Origin: Candidatus Poribacteria bacterium | Lineage (GTDB): Bacteria; Poribacteria; WGA-4E; WGA-3G | Assembly: GCA_964291315.2 (NCBI GenBank) | Contig: OZ219750.1 | Span: 512,001 to 576,000 of the forward strand | DNA length: 64,000 nucleotides | Reading direction: 5' to 3' | Shown: positions 9,860-20,570 of the stretch, piece by piece | How positions within the stretch are numbered: the stretch's first letter is position 1 | Layout: each line of letters opens with the position of its first letter | Made by a program: the position numbers and the translations under genes | Notes under the pieces: generated by a model | Seen by the model: only the letters and a program-made list of their open reading frames with translations | Told to the model about the DNA's origin: nothing | Database searches by the model: none

Positions 9860-10378
9860 ATGCAAGTGGAAATATCTGTCTTAGTGCTTAATGCGAGTTA
9901 TGAAGCCATCAACGTTTGCAACCTCCGGCGTGCGATGAAAATGGTTTTCAAGGGCACCGCACAAACGGAAGAAGTTTCTGGCCTTAAGATTCATTCACCA
10001 AGTGCTGCGATGAGAGTACCGCATGTAATTCGTTTGGTGAACTATGTTCATGTTCCGCGTAGTGTCGTCAAATTCTCACGTAGGAATGTCCTTGTTCGAG
10101 ACCGCTACACGTGCCAATACTGTTGCCGGGAATTTCCAACAGCACAGCTCACGCTTGATCATGTGGTACCGATCTCACGAGGGGGTCAGACGACTTGGGA
10201 AAATGTCGTGACTGCGTGCAAGAAATGTAATAACAAAAAAGGAAGTAAGATGCTCTATGAAACACAGCTCAAGCTCGTACGCCAGCCGAAAACGCCTTCA
10301 ATATTAACCTATTTACAACTCAACCGTCATTTTCGAGGCTGCCATCCGTCGTGGAGGAAATATCTCTATATCAACTGA
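9860..10378 (+). CDS. HNH endonuclease (McrA-like family)
   Basis: VLVLNASYE, RD..TCQYC, TLDHVVPISRGG..TWENVVTACKKCN..KG. Confidence 0.92.
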   Translation: MQVEISVLVLNASYEAINVCNLRRAMKMVFKGTAQTEEVSGLKIHSPSAAMRVPHVIRLVNYVHVPRSVVKFSRRNVLVRDRYTCQYCCREFPTAQLTLDHVVPISRGGQTTWENVVTACKKCNNKKGSKMLYETQLKLVRQPKTPSILTYLQLNRHFRGCHPSWRKYLYIN

Positions 10379-10381
10379 ATC

Positions 10382-10756
10382 ATGCAAGATCCGAAAAAAC
10401 TGAAGAAACGTTCGGGCTTCCAGCATGCCTATCGGACTGGTAGGAAGTATTGGAATCGTTACTTTGTAATATACGTACGGCAGACGAACTTTGAGCATTC
10501 TCGGTTGGGGATAACTGTGAGTAAAAAAGTCGGAAAGAGTGTCCAAAGGAATCGTGTTAAAAGATTAATTCGTGAGTCATTTCGGCACTTACGTCCTCAC
10601 ATACAGTTAGCTTATGACATCGTAGTTGTTGGTAGAGGTCCTGCGTCTCATCTTAAATGTCAGGATGCCCGACGCGCGCTCTATAGTTTGTTCCAGAGAG
10701 CTGCTATCTTCAATAACGATAGTAGAGTTAACCACAACGGAGTCGCACACAAATAG
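10382..10756 (+). CDS. rnpA: Ribonuclease P protein component
   Basis: [25 protein letters not shown]; synteny with yidD/yidC. Confidence 0.97.
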   Translation: MQDPKKLKKRSGFQHAYRTGRKYWNRYFVIYVRQTNFEHSRLGITVSKKVGKSVQRNRVKRLIRESFRHLRPHIQLAYDIVVVGRGPASHLKCQDARRALYSLFQRAAIFNNDSRVNHNGVAHK

Positions 10757-10767
10757 AGGAGTACCCG

Positions 10768-11067
10768 ATGAGGAATATAGGCGTGCCACACTGCTGCAAG
10801 CAATATCAAAAAGTTGGACAGCGAATCGGGAACGAGCCGACAGATTGTAAAACATATAGGGCAACGGTACTTGTACAGCTAATCCGCTTTTACCGCCGTT
10901 TTATTTCACCGCTGCTTCCGCGTTCGTGCCGCTTCTATCCCACATGCTCACAATATGCTGTTCAAGCGTTAGGGCGCTACGGGACTCTCAAAGGGATATG
11001 GCTAACTCTTAAACGACTTTCAAAATGTCACCCGTATCATCCTGGTGGCTTTGACCCGCTGAAATAG
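10768..11067 (+). CDS. yidD: Membrane protein insertion efficiency factor
   Basis: [26 protein letters not shown]. Confidence 0.95.
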   Translation: MRNIGVPHCCKQYQKVGQRIGNEPTDCKTYRATVLVQLIRFYRRFISPLLPRSCRFYPTCSQYAVQALGRYGTLKGIWLTLKRLSKCHPYHPGGFDPLK

Positions 11068-11124
11068 CGGTTTAGAACGTCACGTTAGAAACGGTTCGTA
11101 ATTAATGAGGAGCACCTAATTTCA

Positions 11125-12960
11125 ATGGGAGTACGTTACATTCTTGCACTCATCCTAATGATCGTTGTGATGATTGCATGGAGTCTGTTTTTTGGGAATC
11201 GCTTTGCACCGCAGCCCGATGAAGCCGCAAAGACTGAAACACCTGGAGCATCTGAAACGCGCCAAGTGGAACCCGATGGCACAACGCAGACGGCACCTGA
11301 CGGCGCAGAGGCATCCGTCGACAGCGCTTTCCCGGATATTACCCAAGAAAGTCCTGACGACGCAAAAATTAACGTCCAAACGGATAACTATAATATCGTT
11401 TTTAATGAGAAACTTGCAATCGCCAAACTGTGGGAACTAAAGCGGTTTCCAGACAGAACTTTTGATAGAGATATACCGCTAAATTTGATTCCTGAGGATG
11501 CTCTCAACTGCCTTGCCCTACGGTTCGGGAATTCACAGCTCCAGCTAGATTCGCTCCGCGCATCCTGGAAGGCGGACAAATCTGAAATTAGTCTTGCAAA
11601 TGGGAAAGATACAGAGACGCTCACATTCTCGACAATAATAGGAGAAAAGCTGCAAGTTACAAAGCAATTTACTTTCATTTCGGGTGCCTATTTTCTTGAC
11701 ATGATGCTAACTTTCCAAAATATCTCCGATGAGCCGTTGCTTATGGCTGGGAATGAGCCTGCTAATGGATATCAGCTTCAATGGGGGCGCGGTATCAACG
11801 CAGATCTCCTGCCTCACGAAAAGAAAAGTGGAAAACGTGGAAGACGCGGCAAAGAGGGGGCTAAGGTTTACACTGGTGAGGGGAACCCTGTACGTGAACT
11901 GAAAGAAGAACAGGCTTTAGCAACTGCCCTTTGGGCGGGGCTTGATAGTCAATATTTTAGTGCTCTCATGATCCCAGACCCGCAACTTGCAGCAACATAT
12001 AAACTCATAGAAGCACCGAAGGTAAATGCTGGATCTGATGTGACTGTTGTTGCACCGACAGAAACGGTTGCACTCGTGGTCCCTGCTTTTTATCTCTCAA
12101 GTCAGGAGAAAGAAAGTCATACCTTTCGCGTCTATGTCGGGCCGAAAGATGACAAAATTTTGAAGTCCATTGAGGCCCCGAATGCACCAGAAATATCACT
12201 CTATCTCTCTAAGGTCATCGACTTCGGATTCTTCGCCCCGCTCGTATGGGGGATGCTCTGGCTCTTTAAAGGGTTTCAGCGGATATTTGGAAACTATGGG
12301 TTCTCTATTATTTTGCTAACCGCTTTAGTGAAGATAATCACGTATCCGTTTACTCGTAAGGCGCATGCATCCATGAAGAAGATGCAGAAGCTGCAGCCTG
12401 AACTCTTAGAGTTGAAGGAGAAATATAGAGACGATCCGCAGAAACTCAATCGCGCCACGATGCGCCTCTATAAAGAAAATGGGGTCAACCCGCTTGGTGG
12501 TTGTATTCCGTGGCTTCCACAAATCCCGCTGTTCTTTGCACTTTTCGCACTCCTTGGAAGTGCAGTGGAGCTCCGTGGTGCCACTTTTTTCCTCTGGATA
12601 AATGATCTTTCTGCTCCGGATACGCTCGTCGAATTGCCCTTTACTATTCCGCTAATTGTCACCCAGATAGATGCCATTCGGTTACTGCCCATAATCAACG
12701 GGTTAACAACTTGGCTCCAACAGAAATTTGTCGGCAATATGACGCCCACCACCGATAGCACGCAAATGAAATTGATGCAGTTTATGCCAATCATCTTTAT
12801 TTTTATTTTCTACAATTGGGCATCAGGGTTTGTGTTGTATTGGTTGTGCAATAATGTGTTCACTATAGCACAACAATATATACAGAACCGGACCGCGACT
12901 GATGAAGATCAACTTGCACCTACAACGGCCCGGGGACGGAATACTTCCAAACGGAAATAG
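11125..12960 (+). CDS. yidC: Membrane protein insertase
   Basis: YVGPK, IDFGFF, GNYGFSIILLT, NPLGGC, WINDLSAPD, LYWLCNN. Confidence 0.97.
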   Translation: MGVRYILALILMIVVMIAWSLFFGNRFAPQPDEAAKTETPGASETRQVEPDGTTQTAPDGAEASVDSAFPDITQESPDDAKINVQTDNYNIVFNEKLAIAKLWELKRFPDRTFDRDIPLNLIPEDALNCLALRFGNSQLQLDSLRASWKADKSEISLANGKDTETLTFSTIIGEKLQVTKQFTFISGAYFLDMMLTFQNISDEPLLMAGNEPANGYQLQWGRGINADLLPHEKKSGKRGRRGKEGAKVYTGEGNPVRELKEEQALATALWAGLDSQYFSALMIPDPQLAATYKLIEAPKVNAGSDVTVVAPTETVALVVPAFYLSSQEKESHTFRVYVGPKDDKILKSIEAPNAPEISLYLSKVIDFGFFAPLVWGMLWLFKGFQRIFGNYGFSIILLTALVKIITYPFTRKAHASMKKMQKLQPELLELKEKYRDDPQKLNRATMRLYKENGVNPLGGCIPWLPQIPLFFALFALLGSAVELRGATFFLWINDLSAPDTLVELPFTIPLIVTQIDAIRLLPIINGLTTWLQQKFVGNMTPTTDSTQMKLMQFMPIIFIFIFYNWASGFVLYWLCNNVFTIAQQYIQNRTATDEDQLAPTTARGRNTSKRK

Positions 12961-13032
12961 ACTTCATTTATCGTTATCTGCCACATCAACAACTTCACTC
13001 CCGGAAACGTTTATACGTGGAGGATTCAACCT

Positions 13033-13647
13033 ATGCAACATTATATTGAAACAGAGGGTGATACAGTAGAGGAAGCAATTAAGCACGCGCTCGACGAGCT
13101 TGGGGCAACTCGAGAAGAGGTTACGATTGACATCATCCGTGAACCCACCAAAGGTATTCTAAATTTTGGTGCGAAACCGGCGAAAGTTCGGTTGAACCTT
13201 AAGCAAGATGTTTCTTCTGCACCTGAGACAATTCTCAAGGAGATGCTCAAGCGGATGGGGATAGATGCCCAAGTCGAGGCACGGTTCGTTGAAGGCAGCA
13301 CGCGTTTGAACATCCTCACAGACAGTCCTGCTCTACTTATCGGGAAACATGGACAGACCCTTGATGCAATTGAACGGATCCTCAATTGTATCGTCAATAA
13401 AGCGTCCGTTGTGAAGAAACGAGTTTTTGTTGATACCGAGGGCTATCGAAGACGTAGAGAAGAACGGCTTGTCGAACTGGCGCGCCAAATGGCAGAGCAG
13501 GTCAAATATAGCAAACGTGAAATCGTCTTGGCACCGATGTCATCGCGCGACCGGCGCATCGTCCATGTTGCCTTAAAAGAGGATGATATTGTATCGACCT
13601 ACAGCAAAGGTGAGGGGGATATGCGCCGAGTCGTCATCACGACCTAG
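13033..13647 (+). CDS. jag: Jag/EloR RNA-binding protein (Jag_N, KH, R3H)
   Basis: GDTVEEAI, LIGKHGQTLDAI, RRIVH, YSKGEG. Confidence 0.95.
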   Translation: MQHYIETEGDTVEEAIKHALDELGATREEVTIDIIREPTKGILNFGAKPAKVRLNLKQDVSSAPETILKEMLKRMGIDAQVEARFVEGSTRLNILTDSPALLIGKHGQTLDAIERILNCIVNKASVVKKRVFVDTEGYRRRREERLVELARQMAEQVKYSKREIVLAPMSSRDRRIVHVALKEDDIVSTYSKGEGDMRRVVITT

Positions 13648-13714
13648 GAGGCGTGGCCCCGTAGTTACGCTTCCCTCTTGTCTTCCTATTGCTTACTTCG
13701 TCGGGTTTGGTTAG

Positions 13715-15103
13715 ATGAAATTCCAGGATACGATCGCGGCCATCGCGACAGCACGCGGCGAAGCCGGGATCGGCATTGTCCGAGTCAGTGGATCGCTTGC
13801 TTTCCGGATTGCTGCTGATTTATTTCGATCTCCACGTGATCTATCTCTCGCACAGCTGCCGACACATACGCTTACTTACGGATATGTCGTGGATACTGAT
13901 GCCTCCGAGGCGGTTGTTGATGAAGTCTTACTTGGGGTCATGCATGCACCAAGAACGTACACTGGGGAGGATATTGTGGAATTTAATTGCCACGGTGGGA
14001 TCCTGCCCCTCACAGCTGTCTTGGACTTGGTCGTCAGGCATGGGGCGCGATTGGCAGAACCCGGTGAGTTCACAAAGCGCGCGTTCCTGAACGGTAAGCT
14101 CGACTTAGCGCAAGCAGAAGCCGTCGCGGAACTCATCGCTTCGAAAACGGATTTGAGCCGGAAAATCGCAGTAGATGCACTTGCCGGAAAACTCTCTGAT
14201 ACCGTAAATCGACTTAATGATCAGATCGCGGGGTTACTTGCGGAAATTGAAACGTCTGTCGATTTTCCGGAGGAAGACCTCGATTTCATGAAGGTGGAGA
14301 CGCAACTCGAATCTGCCCGCGCAGTTCAGACAGGCTTAATCACCCTTCTAGAAACTGCTACTGAAGGTAGACTCATTTCCGAAGGGGTTAATGTCGCTAT
14401 ATTAGGGAAGCCGAATGTCGGAAAATCCAGTCTACTTAATGCGCTCATCGGGAGTGCGCGCGCTATCGTCACGAATGTTCCCGGCACGACGCGCGACACG
14501 GTTGAGGAAACAATTAACATCAGTGGTGTTCCTGTGAAACTCTTTGACACTGCGGGTATCCGGCAGACGGATGATATTGTCGAGCAACAAGGCGTTGAAC
14601 GGAGCAGAACCGTTTTAGACAAAGCGGAGTTGCTTCTCCTGATGTTCGATGCGTCGCAACCTTTAAACGATACTGATGCAGACCTCTTACAGACAGCACA
14701 AGGGCGTAGAGCAGTTCTTATTTTAAATAAGATAGACTTACCAGTTCTGACACCAAAGGCGGCACTGCTGGTGCGCTGCCCGAAAAAACGGATCGTTGAG
14801 ACGGTGCTCCCTCAAGGCGAAGGCCTTGATATACTTAAAACCTCCATCCGTGACGAGCTGCTTGGGGGCGAATTCATTGTCGGCGAGTCTCCAATTGTGA
14901 CCAATGCTCGTCATCGAGAGGCCCTGCGCCGTGCACACGACGGCCTCAATTATGCAATAGAGAGCCTTGCAAAGCGGATGCCTCCTGAACTAGTGGCTGT
15001 AGATGTACGGATAAGCCTTGATGCCCTCGGCGAAATCGTCGGTAAAACGACAACAGAAGATATTTTGGATAGAATTTTCTCTCAGTTTTGTGTAGGGAAG
15101 TAA
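13715..15103 (+). CDS. mnmE: tRNA modification GTPase
   Basis: DTIAAIAT, GKPNVGKSSLLN, GTTRD, DTAGIR, FSQFCVGK. Confidence 0.98.
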   Translation: MKFQDTIAAIATARGEAGIGIVRVSGSLAFRIAADLFRSPRDLSLAQLPTHTLTYGYVVDTDASEAVVDEVLLGVMHAPRTYTGEDIVEFNCHGGILPLTAVLDLVVRHGARLAEPGEFTKRAFLNGKLDLAQAEAVAELIASKTDLSRKIAVDALAGKLSDTVNRLNDQIAGLLAEIETSVDFPEEDLDFMKVETQLESARAVQTGLITLLETATEGRLISEGVNVAILGKPNVGKSSLLNALIGSARAIVTNVPGTTRDTVEETINISGVPVKLFDTAGIRQTDDIVEQQGVERSRTVLDKAELLLLMFDASQPLNDTDADLLQTAQGRRAVLILNKIDLPVLTPKAALLVRCPKKRIVETVLPQGEGLDILKTSIRDELLGGEFIVGESPIVTNARHREALRRAHDGLNYAIESLAKRMPPELVAVDVRISLDALGEIVGKTTTEDILDRIFSQFCVGK

Positions 15104-15214
15104 TATTTGTCGAGAAAAATAAAAAAATGAACTTTTAACGTGATACGGTGTGTCTATTCTCAATGACGAGGAGAGAACATCAGTTCTGGTCGCAATATCA
15201 CAAAGGAGTGATTT

Positions 15215-15412
15215 ATGTTAGGCGCAAAACAACAATGGTGTCCTCGCTGCCAAAGGCATATACAGACGGAGCAGAAGCGATCTAATATTGGTAGACAGAA
15301 GGAACTCGTCAGAATTACTGTTACTTGTGGCAAGTGTCGGATAACCTTGTCTAGCAGAACAACGAGCGCAGCTGTGCTTGAACAAAGTGAAGACGCTCCA
15401 ACGGAACAGTAG
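15215..15412 (+). CDS. Small zinc-ribbon-like protein
   Basis: AAGGAG SD; CPRC...CGKC. Confidence 0.7.
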   Translation: MLGAKQQWCPRCQRHIQTEQKRSNIGRQKELVRITVTCGKCRITLSSRTTSAAVLEQSEDAPTEQ

Positions 15413-15461
15413 TGGTGAAATTTTGAATTAACGTTTTGTTTAATACAAAAGGAGGGAAGTT

Positions 15462-16379
15462 ATGTTTAAGCCCGTTTTTCACTCCACTGCCGCATATCTA
15501 ACAGGATTCATTGTCTTGTTGATGATTGGCACAATCCCCGTGCTCGGCGCGCGTGATGAAATTCAGTGGAAAGAGACAGTAGAAGACACCATGAAGGAAG
15601 CCGAGAAAACCGGTAAGCCTATCATGATGGACTTCTATACCGATTGGTGAGGATGGTGTAAGCGGCTGGATGCCGAAACGTTTACAGACGCAAATATCAT
15701 TACACTCACTGAGAAATTTATTTCTGTCAAAGTAAATCCAGAAGATACAGAGCGTCCGATCAATGAAGCCATGCGAAGTCGATACGGGGTCGCTGGTTAC
15801 CCTGCCATTTTGTTTGTCAGTCCAGACGGCGGACTCATCAAATCTCACACTGGTTATCTTACCCCTGATCAGCTTGCGCCGATTATGGAAAATGCCTTGA
15901 CAGTGGAGGCCGAGTTCCAAGAAAAATTGGAAAAATTGGCAGCTAAACCAGATGATGCTAAGCACAACGCTGAGGTTGCACTCATCTATTTGGAACGGAA
16001 GCAGGTAGAAAAAGCAGTCCCCCTCAGCGAAAAAGCGTTTAAATACGATCCGAATAACGGATCGAAACTGATCCCCAAATTGCACAACCAGCTTGGACTC
16101 GCTTATAGTGCGCTCCTTGAAACTGCTGATGCTGAGAAGTCAGAGGTATATTTTGAAAAGGCAATATCTCACTTCAAAACGCTCGTGGACAAGTATCCGA
16201 AGAGCGATCTCTATGAGCCTGCACAATATTACCTTGGTGTGACCTATGCCATCAAAGAGCATTTTGAAAACTCAATTGCTGTGCTTGAGAAACTCACACA
16301 TCACGCCAAGGATGAAAACATTAGGCAGAGTGCTGAGGCGATGCTGGAACGGGTTAAAAGTTTGGCCGATGCCGATTAA
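15462..16379 (+). CDS. Exported thioredoxin-like selenoprotein (UxxC) with C-terminal TPR repeats; in-frame TGA 15648-15650 read as selenocysteine
   Basis: ORFs 15462-15650 and 15771-16379 are in one frame and read DFYTDW-U-GWCKRLDAETF...GVAGYPAILF; TPR-like AQYYLG. Confidence 0.9.
15651..15680 (+). promoter_or_regulatory. Candidate bacterial SECIS element
   Basis: cggc-tggat-gccg hairpin (15663-15675) starting 12 nt after the TGA, with G in the loop. Confidence 0.6.
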
Positions 16380-16411
16380 CAATCATTAATAGGCGCGGTC
16401 TGAAGCTGCGC

Positions 16412-17125
16412 CTATAGCATTAGCAATGCTGATACCTCTGCTGAAGTCAAAAAACGGTGCTTCCCCTGTGTGAGATTTCCTAAATTCAGCGTCCCAATCT
16501 GGATACGTTTCAAACGGATTACCTGATACCCCACGGCTTTAAACATCAGGCGCACCTGTCGTTTTTTCCCTTCATGAATGGTTATCTCAAACTGTGTCAT
16601 CCGGTTGTCTTTGCTGATTTTCAACTGTCTGACTTTCGCTGGTGCCGTTGTTCCGCTCGGGATCTCGACACCCCGACACAACCTCTGCATAGCGTCTTCG
16701 CGCGGTCTACCTTTCACGCAAGCGATATAAGTTTTTTCTATTTCGTGGCTCGGGTGTAGCAGTCGGTAGGCGAAGTTTCCATCGTTTGTGAAGAGGAGAA
16801 GTCCTTCAGTTTCTAAATCCAATCGTCCGACAGGATAAATGGTACCCGGAATATCCGCAACGAGATCCATGACGGTCCTACGCCCGCGTTCATCGCTGCG
16901 GGTTGTTATATAGCCTGCCGGTTTGTTCAGCATTAGGTAGATGTGTTCTGTGAGTGGTTCGACTCGTTTCCCTTCAAACTCAACGGAATCGGTTTCTACA
17001 TCAATCGGATGCCCCGGCACCCAAATAGTTTCTCCATTAACAGTAACAACCCCGGCGCGGATACTTTTTTTTACCGCCCGCCGAGAGGCGATGCCTGAGG
17101 TAGCGATATATTTTTCAAGCCGCAT
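16412..17125 (-). CDS. rRNA pseudouridine synthase (RluB/RsuA family, S4 domain)
   Basis: MRLEKYIA..GIASRR, LNKPAGY, VGRLDLETEGLLL; start moved to ATG 17125. Confidence 0.93.
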   Translation of the reverse strand: MRLEKYIATSGIASRRAVKKSIRAGVVTVNGETIWVPGHPIDVETDSVEFEGKRVEPLTEHIYLMLNKPAGYITTRSDERGRRTVMDLVADIPGTIYPVGRLDLETEGLLLFTNDGNFAYRLLHPSHEIEKTYIACVKGRPREDAMQRLCRGVEIPSGTTAPAKVRQLKISKDNRMTQFEITIHEGKKRQVRLMFKAVGYQVIRLKRIQIGTLNLGNLTQGKHRFLTSAEVSALLML

Positions 17126-17451
17126 TGCGTCTCTCACGGATCCTGTCACTGAGGGTTTGCTGATTCGGAGTTTTCGCTTTCTGTATGTCTGCATTCGATT
17201 GCATATATTCGATCTGGATGCGTATATCTGTTGAACATAACGTTTTTTCGTAATACATGCAGGGTTTTTCTGTGCCACCGATTGATGGAATATTAGAAGT
17301 ATTCTATGATTGCAAGCAACCGCGGCAAACGTAACGTGTTAAATGTGTAAGTAAGCACGGCAGGTGAGGCTTCGGTTCACCTCTTTATTGTTTTTTTTAA
17401 CGACTGCCCACAGTCCGATGCCTTGCTGTTGCCGATAATTTTCAAGGCAAT

Positions 17452-17610
17452 TTAGAAGTCAACGTGAATCCATTCACGGGTCTGGATATCGTTCCTGAAA
17501 TGCATGACCTCTGCCCCTTCAGCAAAACGGTTCATTGCTTCCGCGTCCGAGGCTTGGAACAACGTGGAGATCAAACGATCCATGTCAATAATCGTCTTGG
17601 TGGAGTGCAT
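17452..17610 (-). CDS. Possible 52 aa small protein or gene remnant coupled to the HAD gene
   Basis: ATG overlaps the HAD stop (TGATG); MHSTKTIIDMDRLISTLFQASDAEAMNRFAEGAEVMHFRNDIQTREWIHVDF. Confidence 0.3.
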   Translation of the reverse strand: MHSTKTIIDMDRLISTLFQASDAEAMNRFAEGAEVMHFRNDIQTREWIHVDF

Positions 17611-18251
17611 CATTCTTCTATCTGCCAGCCGTTATCTGTGGCGATGCGCAGTAACGCTCGGTCAGGGTTAACCGCGACCGGGTGGCCAAACAGCCTCAAC
17701 TTGTGTGCATCGGTGTGGTGGTTGCCATAGGCGTAAGAACGACTCAGGTCAAATCCGTGTTCAGTTGCGAGTTGTTGGGCGAGTTTCGCTTTGTTTTCAG
17801 CAAAAGGGTGGAGCCCGATGCGTTCTCCGGTAAACTTTCCATTGACCACTTCCAGTTGATGTGCCACCATCAGGTCGGTTTCAAAGTGGTCATGGAAAGA
17901 CTGAACGAGGAAGGATAACGACCCCGACATCAGAATAACCGGCCGGCCTTCGGTGCGGTGGCGATATATCAATTCGGAGATGTGAGGTGCGATGCTGCAA
18001 CGAAGCGTCTCAACGAAACAGCGTTGTGCAATTTCATGCAGGCGTGCCTGCTCCAGGCCGCGCAAATGAACCTTATTAGATTTCGCCCCCGGAAGCGATT
18101 TTACCTTCAGAAAATTGGAGGTCCACGCGAGTAGGTTCGCTATCGGAATTTCACCACGGATCAAGAGGTCTCGCAGAAAGACCTGTTCTGAGGAGAGGCG
18201 GATAATTGTGCCGTCTAAATCGAAGATAGCACACGTCTTAGATTGTTTCAT
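17610..18251 (-). CDS. HAD-IB family hydrolase (SerB-like)
   Basis: FDLDGT, MSGS, SYAYGNHHTD, AVNPD. Confidence 0.9.
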   Translation of the reverse strand: MKQSKTCAIFDLDGTIIRLSSEQVFLRDLLIRGEIPIANLLAWTSNFLKVKSLPGAKSNKVHLRGLEQARLHEIAQRCFVETLRCSIAPHISELIYRHRTEGRPVILMSGSLSFLVQSFHDHFETDLMVAHQLEVVNGKFTGERIGLHPFAENKAKLAQQLATEHGFDLSRSYAYGNHHTDAHKLRLFGHPVAVNPDRALLRIATDNGWQIEE

Positions 18252-19000
18252 GTTACCTGCTGTCCTAATGCGCGTCGATATGCTTTGACAGCGGCCTCCA
18301 TCCCGATGTAGAGTGCATCTGATATGAGATGATGACCGATGGAGACTTCGAGAAGTCCGGGTAATTTCTGCATCAATGGTAGGTTGTCGAGATTCAGATC
18401 ATGCCCTGCGTTAATTCCAAGTCCTAAATCTTTTGCCTTGCCTGCTGCACTTTCTATCAACGTGAATTCGCGTTCCACCTCCGATTGGGTTTGTGCCATG
18501 GCGTAAGGAGCCGTATAGAGTTCGATTCTATCTGTCCCAATATTGCGCGTCATCCGTATTTGCTCAATATCCGTTCCACTAAACAAACTAACACGTATCC
18601 CTATATCTTTCAGGGCTGCGATAATCGGCTTTAACATGTCCCCGTCTTTATAGAGGTCCCAGACGGTGTGGCTTGTTATCTCTCCGGATACAACCGGAAC
18701 GAGCGTGCATTGTGTAGGTTTTGTACGAAGTACCATATCGATGAAATCCGGCCTCGGATCGCCTTCAATGTTATATTCGATGGTGGGTGATTGTTGAGTA
18801 TTGATTTTTATTAATCTTTCATTGATGTGCTGTACATCCATAGGTGTGATATGGCGTTGGTCTTCGCGTGGATGCACCGTGATACCTTGTGCGCCAGCTT
18901 CGGCACAAGTATCGACAGCAGTGAGCAAATCTGGAATGTCACCGCCTCGGGAGTTTCGCAAAGTTGCAATTTTGTTTACATTAACACTGAGCGAGATCAT
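18248..19000 (-). CDS. pdxJ: Pyridoxine 5'-phosphate synthase
   Basis: LSVNVNKIATLRNSR, ITVHPREDQRHI, NAGHDLN, EVSIGH. Confidence 0.97.
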   Translation of the reverse strand: MISLSVNVNKIATLRNSRGGDIPDLLTAVDTCAEAGAQGITVHPREDQRHITPMDVQHINERLIKINTQQSPTIEYNIEGDPRPDFIDMVLRTKPTQCTLVPVVSGEITSHTVWDLYKDGDMLKPIIAALKDIGIRVSLFSGTDIEQIRMTRNIGTDRIELYTAPYAMAQTQSEVEREFTLIESAAGKAKDLGLGINAGHDLNLDNLPLMQKLPGLLEVSIGHHLISDALYIGMEAAVKAYRRALGQQVT

Positions 19001-19049
19001 TTTTTTCCTTTGTTGTGTTTTTTATTTTTTTTCTCATCACGGTTAGAAA

Positions 19050-20471
19050 TTACGGGAAAATACCTAACTGCATATAAGACCTTGCGATCCTGTGAATGGC
19101 ATTGATAAACGCTGCTGTCCGATAATCTATGTCTTTTTTGTTGTTTCTATATTGCATGCGGGTCTCTCGTGTTTCTTGATAAGCGGTTATCATAGTATCC
19201 TGAAGTCCAGAGTTTACGAGGTCCTTTTCGTCGGCACCGTGTATCAGTGCAAGTTCATCTTCCGAGAATTTATAGCTAGTTGCCTTTTCAACGGCCTGAC
19301 GCATGATATATTGTGTGCGGTCCTCAAAGCGTTTACCGAGTCTTCCAAACCGCACATGCGACAAATTCCGAAGCCACTCGAAATAAGAGACTGCCACCCC
19401 GCCGGCGTTGAGGAAGGTATCCGGTATAATGAGGATTCCCCGTTTTTGAAGGATTTCATCTGCGTCGGGTGCCGTGGGGCCGTTCGCAGCTTCTGCAATA
19501 ATAGAAGCTTTAATGTGAGGGGCGTTTGCTGCTGTAAGTTGGTTTTCAAGTGCAGCTGGCATGAGGATATCACATTCTAACTCTAAACCGTCGTTCGGAT
19601 TTTCAATAAGTTCAGCCCCCGGATACCCTCGGATTGAGCCTGTTTCTGCACGATACGTCGCAACTTTTTCGACATCAAACCCTCGTGGGTCATGGATACC
19701 ACCGTCTCGCTCAATAATCCCGATAACACGCGCATCCGCCTCCATGAGGAACTTGGCAGCATGATATCCGACGTTACCGAAACCTTGAACAACGACGCTT
19801 TTACCATGTAAACCTGTGGATAGCCCGAGCGGCTTCATATCCTCTGCAAAACTGCATGCCTCTTCCAAGCCGAAGGCAACACCGCGTCCGGTAGCCTCTT
19901 TGCGCCCGTGAATTCCGTTTTGTTCAATTGGCTTGCCTGTGACACAAGCGATCGCGTTAAGTTTGTCAGGGGCCATTGTGATATAGGTATCCAGAATCCA
20001 CGCCATCTCCGTCTCCCCCGTTCCGAAATCCGGTGCTGGCACGTCTACTCCGGGCCCGATATAATTCTTCTGGATTAGTTCATAGGTATAACGGCGGGTG
20101 ATACGCTCCAATTCGCTTTCTGAGTATTCGCGCCTGTCTACCTGGATGCCGCCCTTGGCCCCGCCGAACGGGACATCAACAAGTGCACACTTGTACGTCA
20201 TCAAGGCAGCGAGTGCCATTGTCTCGTCTTCATTGACTAGCGTGCTATAGCGAATGCCCCCTTTCGTAGGGAGTTTATGGTGGCTGTGTTCTGCTCGCCA
20301 CCCGTGAATGGTTTGGATGGTTCCATCGTCCCGTTCGATGGGAAACGTGAAGTGGCAGGAGCTGTTGCAAATCTTTATCTGTTCCAAAAGCCCATGCGGA
20401 TATTCGGTGAATTGGGCAGCTTTGTCAAAATCCCTATTCACTTTCTGGAAAAATGAGAAACTTTCTGCCAT
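19050..20471 (-). CDS. gdhA: Glutamate dehydrogenase (Glu/Leu/Phe/Val family)
   Basis: [40 protein letters not shown]. Confidence 0.93.
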   Translation of the reverse strand: MAESFSFFQKVNRDFDKAAQFTEYPHGLLEQIKICNSSCHFTFPIERDDGTIQTIHGWRAEHSHHKLPTKGGIRYSTLVNEDETMALAALMTYKCALVDVPFGGAKGGIQVDRREYSESELERITRRYTYELIQKNYIGPGVDVPAPDFGTGETEMAWILDTYITMAPDKLNAIACVTGKPIEQNGIHGRKEATGRGVAFGLEEACSFAEDMKPLGLSTGLHGKSVVVQGFGNVGYHAAKFLMEADARVIGIIERDGGIHDPRGFDVEKVATYRAETGSIRGYPGAELIENPNDGLELECDILMPAALENQLTAANAPHIKASIIAEAANGPTAPDADEILQKRGILIIPDTFLNAGGVAVSYFEWLRNLSHVRFGRLGKRFEDRTQYIMRQAVEKATSYKFSEDELALIHGADEKDLVNSGLQDTMITAYQETRETRMQYRNNKKDIDYRTAAFINAIHRIARSYMQLGIFP

Positions 20472-20570
20472 AATGTATTAAGGGGCGATGCAGGAGCTCG
20501 CCAGTAAATTATAGTAAATAATGTAGGCCCGCGCGAGAAGGCGCGGGGCCCCTAATTCTATAAACCGGTA

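Noticed and set aside
9600-9860. oriC upstream of the rnpA cluster
   Set aside because: No clear TTATCCACA boxes and no dnaA here.
15462-15650. Separate 62 aa protein or nonsense pseudogene
   Set aside because: The TGA falls on the redox-active position with an intact downstream frame and a SECIS-like hairpin, so selenocysteine readthrough is more likely.
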